NCBI GenBank assembly: GCA_050298055.1
Contig: JBNKTL010000031.1
Span: forward strand, 39,658 to 58,037
Source of the DNA: Spirochaetota bacterium
GTDB taxonomy: Bacteria; Spirochaetota; UBA4802; UBA5550
DNA length: 18,380 bases
Direction of reading: 5' to 3'
Below, one piece after another: positions 9,823 through 17,323 of this stretch. The position numbers were made by a program, and so were the translations under genes. Numbering within the stretch: position 1 is the first letter of the stretch; every line of letters starts with the position of its first letter. Below the pieces are notes generated by a model that saw only the letters and a list, made by a program, of their open reading frames with translations, ran no database searches and was not told where the DNA came from.

Positions 9823-10674
9823 ATGATTGATTCAAATAATTATTACAAGATCTCAGAACTTTCTCAAATATCAGAAACACCTGTTCCAACAATTCGTTAC
9901 TATATTAAAGAAGGCCTTCTGCCTCCGCCTATTAAAACAGGGAAAACTTTCGCCTATTATTCCGATGACCATCTTTCAAGGCTGCATAAGATCAAAAAGC
10001 TGCAAAGGGAAAATCCTCCCTCCCTCGCGGCGATCAAAGAAGAACTGGATAATCTGCCGGTTATATCACCTCCTGAAGAAGGAACGGTAATTGTCTCAAG
10101 TGAAAAGAGAAACGCAATCGTATCAGCAGCCATTAAACTCTTCATCGAAAAAGGTCTTGGAGGAACCAGTATTGATGATATAGTCACCAGTTCAAAGATA
10201 GGCAAGGGTACTTTTTACAAATACTTCAAAGATAAAAATGATTTGTTTTTCCAGTGCGCAGACAGGGTTTTCTATGAAATGTACAGCCATGTCTGGAAAG
10301 AAATAAAAGATGAACGCGACATGACCCGCCGGCTTTTCAAGCGCGCCGAGGCCTTCTTTTATTCTTATCCGAAATGGGTAGACATGATGAATCTCGTACG
10401 GCATGCCTCCACAGGAGAAGACCCTTTTTTCAAAAACAGGTTTAAAGAAATTTTAAACCAGATAACTCAACCAATAGCTCGAGATATAAAAGTCCTCCAG
10501 CAGGAAAATAAAATAAACCGTAACCATGATTGTCTGGGTTTGGCTTACCTGCTTATGGGACTGACGGAATACGGAGCCTGGCTAATATACAATAGTAATA
10601 ATAAAGCAAAGGATATTTCCATGATCATTCGTGACCTGATGATCAATGGTCTACAAAAGAAGGATAGTGTGTGA
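9823..10674 (+). CDS. MerR-HTH / TetR fusion transcriptional regulator (paralogue of the upstream gene)
   Basis: KISELSQISETPVPTIRYYIKEGLL plus TSIDDIV..SKIGKGTFYKYFKDKNDL. Shares CADRVFY and PIARD with the upstream gene. Confidence 0.85.
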   Translation: MIDSNNYYKISELSQISETPVPTIRYYIKEGLLPPPIKTGKTFAYYSDDHLSRLHKIKKLQRENPPSLAAIKEELDNLPVISPPEEGTVIVSSEKRNAIVSAAIKLFIEKGLGGTSIDDIVTSSKIGKGTFYKYFKDKNDLFFQCADRVFYEMYSHVWKEIKDERDMTRRLFKRAEAFFYSYPKWVDMMNLVRHASTGEDPFFKNRFKEILNQITQPIARDIKVLQQENKINRNHDCLGLAYLLMGLTEYGAWLIYNSNNKAKDISMIIRDLMINGLQKKDSV

Positions 10675-10784
10675 CAGTCAAGAGTATGCTGGACACTCAT
10701 TTCCTGCAATGGATCTTATCTGTCCGGTAAGGCTAATTTATTTCTCCCCGAAACAGTGTTTTGAATCGTTAAAAAGGTTTTCAT

Positions 10785-11447
10785 TTAATTGGCAGCTGTT
10801 TCAGATTCGAAGTCTCCACCGGATATATCCGGGTAATCTGTCCTGAAAATGTGAGGATAGTACTTTTTTAACTCGGACATCATCAGGTCATAGGGAAAAT
10901 CCTTGAATGAACCATAATCATGTACATACTCCATGTGCTTGTTCCCCTCCCTGTCAAACGGGTGAAAGAGGGAGTCGTTCTTCCCGTCAAATTCAAGGGG
11001 ATGCACACCGAACTTTTCACAGAGTGACAGGTTGAACGCCGGGGTTGCCTTTACCCAGTATCCGTCAACATACAGTTCTGTCGCCCCGTGAAATACGAAG
11101 AGGTCGGTTTTGAGTATATTCAGAAGATTCTCCGTCGAAAGGTGATTGATGACATTGGCAAAGTTCAGCCGGGAAGGGATCCCCGCACATCGTGCTGCTG
11201 CAGCAAGGAGTATAGCCTTCTGGATGCAGAATCCCTCAAGGACCTCGAGAGTATATTGAGCCCTGTACTTCTCCTTATCGAAAGTCATTGTGTAAGGGTT
11301 ATACTTGATCAGGTCTCTCACTGCATAGTAGAGTTTTACCCCAATCTCCCTGTCACTCTCCCCGGGACTGGTATGCTTATGGACAAATTCCTTTACGGCA
11401 GCAGAATCGGAATCTATATAATATGTAGGTAGAAGATATTCATTCAT
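10785..11447 (-). CDS. Transglutaminase-like superfamily protein
   Basis: LYYAVRD.I.YNPY, GFCIQKAILLAAAARCAGIPSRL (catalytic Cys), FHG..ELYVDGYWVKATP. Confidence 0.85.
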   Translation of the reverse strand: MNEYLLPTYYIDSDSAAVKEFVHKHTSPGESDREIGVKLYYAVRDLIKYNPYTMTFDKEKYRAQYTLEVLEGFCIQKAILLAAAARCAGIPSRLNFANVINHLSTENLLNILKTDLFVFHGATELYVDGYWVKATPAFNLSLCEKFGVHPLEFDGKNDSLFHPFDREGNKHMEYVHDYGSFKDFPYDLMMSELKKYYPHIFRTDYPDISGGDFESETAAN

Positions 11448-11895
11448 GGTGCTTGGAACCTAAAAACTATAATGAACCTGGCCTGTCACGACTATTTGTC
11501 AATAATATTACCGATATTTATCAGAACGATATCTTTATATTCTATTTCATGTAGCGCTTCATCATTTACACGAAAAACATGTTTTCCTTTATAAGAATAT
11601 TACTCTCGTGTCTCTTCATAAAGAAAATAAAGATTTAAAGAACTGTTTATTCTGCAATCTGGCTTTCACACAAAAAATCAAGTGAATAAATTACTATCAC
11701 ACATTTTCGATCCCCTTTCACACAGCTCTTATTCCCTTTTGGGATTTATCAGGATGTAAGCAACACATGACATGATTCATTTCTCTTTAAGTAATAATAA
11801 ATTTACACTTATAAAAGGTGTGTATAAGAATCTGTCAATATCTATAGGGATATATTGGGATGTTTCAGTAAACCCAAAGATTTAAAATGTAACTT

Positions 11896-11943
11896 CGGAT
11901 TTCTAATCCGTAGGTCCCAGGTTCGAATCCTGGCAGGCGTGCA
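11896..11943 (+). mobile_element. 3' fragment of tRNA-Arg(UCU); probable att core of a tRNA-targeting integrative element
   Basis: CGGA-TTTCTAA-TCCG anticodon arm (TCT at 11902-11904), AGGTC variable loop, CCAGG-TTCGAAT-CCTGG T arm and CAGGCGT-G acceptor 3' strand. No D arm or complementary 5' acceptor strand upstream. Confidence 0.85.
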
Positions 11944-11976
11944 TGTATTGTTCAGAAATTGAGTACTTTTGTGTAC

Positions 11977-12014
11977 AGTCCTTATTTAATGTGAATAAAT
12001 AAGGACTTTTTTTT
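11977..12014 (+). terminator. Rho-independent terminator downstream of the tRNA fragment
   Basis: Perfect 12-bp stem AGTCCTTATTTA / TAAATAAGGACT with a 7-nt loop, running into T8. Confidence 0.75.
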
Positions 12015-12118
12015 GTTATCTGCTTTCTAAATGGCATAATTGCCCTCCTTGTCTGAAGACAATACCAACGTTTCTTTTTCCAATAATGGTTTGATTGATA
12101 TCATATTGCAATTAATTT

Positions 12119-12295
12119 TTATGTGATCTTATACTTTTTGATGTCTTCAGTTATTTCATCCAAATCAAATAAATACATTTTATGTGTTGGCTTATATGAT
12201 CTGATTCTGCCTTCTTTTGCCAACCTGCGTATTGTTTTAATAGGCAATCCGGTACAGTTAGATATTTCTTTTGAAGTATAAAATAATTTTTCCAT
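12119..12295 (-). CDS. Small HTH DNA-binding protein, excisionase/RDF-like (58 aa; not in the ORF track)
   Basis: Manual translation: MEKLFYTSKEISNCTGLPIKTIRRLAKEGRIRSYKPTHKMYLFDLDEITEDIKKYKIT. Winged-HTH (HTH_17-type) pattern; AAGGAG/GGAG RBS upstream; lies next to the att-like tRNA fragment. Confidence 0.75.
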   Translation of the reverse strand: MEKLFYTSKEISNCTGLPIKTIRRLAKEGRIRSYKPTHKMYLFDLDEITEDIKKYKIT

Positions 12296-12620
12296 TTTAC
12301 TCCATCTCCTTAACAGTAAACTTTCTTATTTATTAGTAGTTATTTGAAATTTATGAATTTCTAAAAGGGTTTTTAAAGCCTTATAAGAAGTTATATATCC
12401 TTATATTTAACTATATAGTTGCTGGTAGGGGGGTGTCTTTTCTTAGGTAAAACTATATAAATATACGATATTATTAGCATATATTATCATCCAATTAACC
12501 GATGCTCTCAAGCTTCAGTCTGTCTCCGGGAGTGATAAGATGGTTCTCAGGGAGATGGGGGAGTTTAAGAGGTTCCTGGAGGTGAGGTATGAGATTTATG
12601 TATATCGGTTTGAGTAAGGT

Positions 12621-12656
12621 GGTCATCGAGTAGCTGCGAAGCAGTTTATCGAGATC
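12621..12656. repeat. Isolated imperfect palindrome (REP-like hairpin; candidate terIS-side structure)
   Basis: GGTCATCGAGTAGCTGC-GAA-GCAGTTTATCGAGATC folds into a bulged hairpin about 120 bp upstream of the transposase. Confidence 0.45.
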
Positions 12657-13663
12657 TTGCCATGGAGACGCCAATATATTGAAATATAAGTGTTACTTTT
12701 TGTAATATTAGATATTAATTATCTTTTAAGAAAAAGTTTTAATAGTTCTCAATCCTCCATCGTATAGAACTATGTGTACATCTGTTCAGAAAATAAGGAA
12801 AACCCTCTCTATGAACCTGGACTTGAAAGGTGGAGCTATTACAAAACCATCTGGACCAGGCACTGGATAGATTTTTTAAAAATATATCCGCATGAATATG
12901 AAAAAACATACGGGCCTCTTGATGATGATAAAATTCGTGAGGTAAAGAAACTTGTAAGATGTGGTAAATTTCAGAATGGTTTCCAGAGACATACATGCCC
13001 TGCTTGTGGGACAGTTCTTGTGGTTCCATTCACATGTAAATCTCGCCTTTGCCTGTCATGCTACAGAAAACGACTCTTTGGATGGTCTTTAAATCTTTCA
13101 CTCATAATGAACACTGGTCTCCAGCATAATCATGTGACATTTACGATCCCTGGCACTGTTTCAAAGATGCTTTTTGAAAGGAATTATGACTCGGCTCTGA
13201 TGATTAATCTCGCGGCAAATATTTATAGGAATATTCTTGTATCATCAGCAAAGCTGAAAGGCAGGGAGTTCCAGCCTGGTTTAATGGCAACCCTGCATAA
13301 GAGCGGGAACAGCCTTAACTATAATCCACATGTTCATCTTGTGGGCACCACCCAGGTTGTCGATACATCAACAGGTGAGATTATTGATGTTCCTTATATC
13401 CCATACCGCAGGGTAAGGCACATCTGGAAAATGGCTTTTCTAAAGCATATATTAAAACAGGAAATCATCTCAGCCGAAGAATATGAAGAGTTCAGTGATA
13501 TGTATTCAAACGGTTTTCATGTCTACTTTCAGCCCATCACCGGAGACAGCAATGAAGTTCTTTTCCGGACATCGGAGTACATAGCCACCGGGTACTTCCA
13601 TAACAGCCAGATAACAGCGGTTGATCATGCGAAAAAAACCGTGACATTCAAATACAGGAAGTG

Positions 13664-13716
13664 GCCGCTGTTTGTACATCCATGTACACAGCGGCATGCA
13701 CAGCATCCTGCTGTTT
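13664..13716 (+). repeat. 53-bp double-hairpin insertion 1 in the transposase
   Basis: GCCGCTG-TT-TGTACA-TCCA-TGTACA-CAGCGGC, then ATGC, then ACAGCA-TCC-TGCTGT-TT. Removal gives ...YRKW-IDRQTG... in frame (boundary ambiguous by 1 nt). Confidence 0.8.
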
Positions 13717-13840
13717 GATAGACAGGCAAACCGGGAAAAAACTCTATTCCACAAAAACCATGGACATTTACCTTTTCATGGCATCCATGCTGTTTTTTCT
13801 TCCCGATAAAAACAGAAAGATGATCCGGTACTACGGCATT

Positions 13841-13896
13841 GCCGGCATTATCTGAACATCCTGTTCAGTGCCGGCAGGCAGACATCCTGTCTGCAC
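13841..13896 (+). repeat. 56-bp double-hairpin insertion 2 in the transposase
   Basis: GCCGGCA-TTAT-CTGAACA-TCC-TGTTCAG-TGCCGGC, then AG, then GCAGACA-TCC-TGTCTGC-AC. Removal gives IRYYGI-YSGNIEEKL in frame. Confidence 0.82.
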
Positions 13897-14155
13897 TATT
13901 CCGGCAATATTGAAGAGAAACTTGAATTGATTGAAAGGCGTACATGGGCAAAAGCCGTTGAACATTCATTTGAGAAAAATCCGGAAATTTGCCCTGAGTG
14001 TTCATCATTCATGAAGAATGATGTTGTATTTTCGTTCCATGCTGACAGGGAAATAAAGAAACTTGTAAAGACCCATAGAATAATTAACGGGTATTTCATT
14101 CCTTTTAAGAAATCCAGGCCTCCCTGATTATAGGTTTTGAATGAGAAATTTTGGA

Positions 14156-14184
14156 TTGACATATTTATTTTATTGACATTTAAT
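14156..14184 (+). promoter_or_regulatory. Putative sigma70 promoter pointing into the repeat and cargo
   Basis: TTGACA (14156-14161), 17-bp spacer, TTTAAT (14179-14184). A second TTGACA lies at 14173-14178. The region is AT-rich, so chance matches are possible. Confidence 0.45.
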
Positions 14185-14242
14185 GAGTAATATTCAAAAT
14201 CATTTGATAATTGTGATGTGTTCGTTTGGTTTTTTTGGCGCG

Positions 14243-14347
14243 AAATTTTAATTACTGGTTGCATGCAGGGGAGACCCTGTCAATAAAAAATCGTTCACTC
14301 ACATACATATAAGATGCAGTATGTCACATGTGACTATAGGGTTTAAC
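14243..14347 (+). repeat. 105-bp direct repeat, copy 1 (candidate oriIS-type end)
   Basis: Identical to 18199-18303. Contains a CAGGG-GAGA-CCCTG hairpin and the palindrome GTCACATGTGAC; ends CTATAGGGTTTAAC; lies 115 bp after the transposase stop. Confidence 0.95.
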
Positions 14348-14442
14348 AGGTGGTTGCATATGTATAGAAGAAGTTTCCTAAGAAACATAATATATTTCAA
14401 AAAAAAATACCAATAACTATTCTTTTATTAAGGAGTAAAGTA

Positions 14443-14634
14443 ATGGAAGAAAAATGCCCGTTTTGTTATGGTTCAGGTAAATGTAGTTATTGTTTAGGTC
14501 ATAAAGATCTACCAACAGGTTTAGTCCCACCTGTTATGCGTGTTGGCTTTTATAATGATTATATGTGTGAATGCCCAATATGTGTAGATGGTAAATGTAA
14601 AGTATGTAGAGGAACTGGAGTAATTAATACATAG
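14443..14634 (+). CDS. Small Cys-rich protein with DnaJ-type zinc-finger repeats
   Basis: AAGGAG RBS; four CxxC pairs including CPFCYGSG and CKVCRGTG. Confidence 0.7.
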   Translation: MEEKCPFCYGSGKCSYCLGHKDLPTGLVPPVMRVGFYNDYMCECPICVDGKCKVCRGTGVINT

Positions 14635-14886
14635 TAATAAAAATATTGTCCAAACCTCCCCGCACATCAAACTATAAAAACAGAAACATTCAACCAAACG
14701 GTATTTATATCGTACGCTTTTAGTAGCCTCACCACACAGCGGGGTTCCCAGGAGGAACCCCGAATCTTATAAAGGATTAATATATTGACAAAAATTTTAA
14801 AAGAATTTATTAATGGTTATTGAAGTGCTGTACTACCATTTTTTTCTCACATATTTAATTAATCGCTATTTTACAAGGAGAATGTT

Positions 14887-15387
14887 ATGGCAATGATACC
14901 ATGTCCAGAATGTAAAAAGCAGATAAGTGATAATGCAGAAAGTTGTCCAAACTGTGGGTATAAATTATCTCAAGAAAAGATCGACGAAATTAAAAACGAA
15001 GGAGAAAAAAAACAGAATTTTGCTAAAATTGGATGTTTTACAATTATTATTATTTCCGCAATTCTTTATATTATAGGCTCTTCAACAGATTCAGAAAAAA
15101 AATCAGCACCAAAATCAAAACAGGAATTACGTAAAGAACAAATTGAAAAGAGTTTTAGTGCATGGGACGGTTCACATAGAGGATTGACTAATATCATTAA
15201 ACAGTCAATGAACGATCCGGGATCATATGAACATGTTAAAACAGTATACTGGGATAAAGGAAATCATCTTATTGTTCAAACAACATTTCGTGGAAAAAAT
15301 GCTTTTGGTGGCTTAGTTGTTAATTGGATAAAAGCAAAAGTTGATTTGGATGGAAATGTAATTAAAGTTATTGCGCAAGGACCATGA
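14887..15387 (+). CDS. Zinc-ribbon domain membrane-anchored hypothetical protein
   Basis: AAGGAG RBS; CPEC...CPNCG ribbon, one hydrophobic helix, C-terminal domain with FRGKNAFGG. Confidence 0.8.
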   Translation: MAMIPCPECKKQISDNAESCPNCGYKLSQEKIDEIKNEGEKKQNFAKIGCFTIIIISAILYIIGSSTDSEKKSAPKSKQELRKEQIEKSFSAWDGSHRGLTNIIKQSMNDPGSYEHVKTVYWDKGNHLIVQTTFRGKNAFGGLVVNWIKAKVDLDGNVIKVIAQGP

Positions 15388-15432
15388 TAAGTAATAGAAT
15401 AAATTGATGAATATATAAGGATATAATAATCA

Positions 15433-16176
15433 ATGAATTCAGGACTAATATTATTATTGTGGGGATTTATTGGTACTTTTATTTTATGTATTTTTTTTAC
15501 AATGTCATTGCATCCATGGCAAATTGGAAAAGAAATACCCAAATACTCATTATTTTCATTATCATTCTGGTTTAAAAAAAATCACATTTATGACATTCCC
15601 CGAGAAGAACAAAATTCAAATATAAAAGTTAAAAGATGGATTTTTTATCCTCGTTTATTAATTTTGAATTTATCATCATTCTTAATTTGCACTCTCTCAT
15701 ATTATTATTTATCTGCATATTCTCTATGGAAAATTATTTTTATGATTTGGGGAATTGTTTTTTTATTATTTCCATTGTTAGGATCATGGTGGATGTATTG
15801 GTATGATCCATATAAAGAAGATAGAGTCCTAAGAAAAGCTTATATATATTGGTGTTGGATTGTTTTAATTATTATTTTAATAGCATTTGCTTGCCAAAAC
15901 AATATTTTAAATATCAAATATTTATTAACTCAAATTCTCAATGAACTTCCTCACAAAGGTATATTATTAAGTAAGGCATCATTAATAATACTTGTTTCTT
16001 TTGCTTGGTATCGTTCACATGCAGATTCAAAACCATTTGAAAAATCAATAATAGAACAAGGGAAAGCATTGGGTATTAATATTGATTATGGTAGTTGGGT
16101 TTCTCATATGCATCATATTTATGATTTTGGGATTTTTTATTCGGCACTTATTATTATATTTGAAGTTAATATATAA
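15433..16176 (+). CDS. Hypothetical multi-pass membrane protein
   Basis: 247-aa ORF in very AT-rich DNA with several hydrophobic segments; no recognisable motif. Confidence 0.65.
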   Translation: MNSGLILLLWGFIGTFILCIFFTMSLHPWQIGKEIPKYSLFSLSFWFKKNHIYDIPREEQNSNIKVKRWIFYPRLLILNLSSFLICTLSYYYLSAYSLWKIIFMIWGIVFLLFPLLGSWWMYWYDPYKEDRVLRKAYIYWCWIVLIIILIAFACQNNILNIKYLLTQILNELPHKGILLSKASLIILVSFAWYRSHADSKPFEKSIIEQGKALGINIDYGSWVSHMHHIYDFGIFYSALIIIFEVNI

Positions 16177-16268
16177 TTTTATCTTCATGTAAATTCCCCA
16201 CATACAGTCAGATACGGGCTGCTGCCCGATCAGCTGTTGCTGGATATTATACTTAGGAGCAATAGACC

Positions 16269-16898
16269 ATGGAATGGATAATCGGTAGTGTAATGCTCAT
16301 TTTTGGTTTTTTTCTCGACCGAGGATATGAGTATTGGAAGAAGAAGAAAGCTGGCCTGACTGGTCTTGCACATGGGATCATTTCAAAGCTCGGTAAATCA
16401 GTCCAGTCCTTCACTGGAAATTATTTTATTGCCCATAGCCCAAATGACAACTTCAAGATAGCAAAGCATGTTTATGAACATGTCACAGGCGACGTGATTG
16501 CCACATGCTTTCGTGAAAATCCATTCTCCTATGGAGCACATGATCTTGCCAGACTCCTTCCAACCGGTACTTCCTTTGCCCGTTTGACGACAGAGACAGT
16601 ATGTTCTGAAACCGAAAGAAACAAAGCTGAAGATGCTCTCAAGGATCTTGTCCCAAACACGAAAATTGTCAGTGTGCCGGCAGGGGACTATTTCACAAGG
16701 ATTGATGGCATCTACGCCAAGTTGTCTGATGAAACATACATTGCATTTGTCACTTTCCCTAAGATAGGAACCGAACACAGAAACAGAGGGATTGTCTTCT
16801 ATGGTAACACAGCAAAAGCCTTCTACGACTACCATCGTGATTTGCGGGATGCCCCATATGCTGTTCTTGAAAATAAAATAAAAAAGGGAGCACAATAA
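16269..16898 (+). CDS. Hypothetical protein with N-terminal transmembrane segment
   Basis: AGGAG RBS; 209 aa; hydrophobic N-terminus followed by a basic WKKKK patch; family not recognised. Confidence 0.75.
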   Translation: MEWIIGSVMLIFGFFLDRGYEYWKKKKAGLTGLAHGIISKLGKSVQSFTGNYFIAHSPNDNFKIAKHVYEHVTGDVIATCFRENPFSYGAHDLARLLPTGTSFARLTTETVCSETERNKAEDALKDLVPNTKIVSVPAGDYFTRIDGIYAKLSDETYIAFVTFPKIGTEHRNRGIVFYGNTAKAFYDYHRDLRDAPYAVLENKIKKGAQ

Positions 16899-17016
16899 CC
16901 AGGTTAACCTGACGCTATTATTGTCACTCTATTTGTAAAAGCTAGAAATTGTATATTATCCTTAACTTTCACAAAGATCACCTAGAAAATTTCATAAGAC
17001 AATCCTAAAAAAAATA

Positions 17017-17058
17017 AACGCTACGTACAGTGTAATGAACGCTACACACAATGTAATG
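17017..17058. repeat. 21-bp tandem duplication (2 copies, 18/21 identical)
   Basis: AACGCTACGTACAGTGTAATG / AACGCTACACACAATGTAATG. Confidence 0.7.
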
Positions 17059-17323
17059 AAAGACACATATTAAATGCCCTGATTTACGATATCGATAATA
17101 CCAACCTGTTGTAGAAATTCGTCAACCAGCTTCCCCCTTTTGCTTCAGTGAAGAATCCTTTTTATGTTTCTTCTGAATTAAAAGAAAATCTAATTAACTG
17201 GATTAATTTTCCCAAGTAATGGAAAATAATACTTTACTATTATTAATTTTTCCCATATTGTATGCTGTTTAGTAAGATACAGCTAGTAATAAAACAAAAA
17301 CAAATAATAACTCGATAAGAAAT

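Larger units (their letters stand above)
12774..14127 (+). mobile_element. IS91/ISCR-like HUH rolling-circle transposase, interrupted by two short insertions (reconstructed 414 aa)
   Basis: Zn-binding CG...CPACG...FTCKSRLCLSC, HVTFT, LHKSG...NPHVH (HUH), RTSEY catalytic Tyr region, IRYYGI|YS and C-terminal CPEC. These are spread over three frames that join on deleting 13664-13716 and 13841-13896. Confidence 0.88.

Noticed and set aside
11860..11943. Intact tRNA-Arg gene
   Set aside because: No D arm and no 5' acceptor strand complementary to CAGGCGT upstream; it is only a 3' fragment.
11903..12037. 44-codon minus-strand ORF (MPFRKQ...) with an AAGGAGG RBS
   Set aside because: It runs antisense through the terminator and tRNA fragment and has no recognisable motif; probably incidental despite the RBS.
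13781..13790. Third CATCCATG-loop element (GCATCCATGC)
   Set aside because: Very short stem, in frame within plausible transposase sequence (MASML), and no second hairpin.
13662..13900. Translational bypassing (matched take-off and landing codons) across the inserts
   Set aside because: The codons do not match (TGG vs TTG; ATT vs CAC), and landing on the nearby ATT at 13898 leads into a frame that soon stops.
13896..14264. 122-aa minus-strand ORF
   Set aside because: Antisense to the transposase C-terminus and running into the repeat; no recognisable features.
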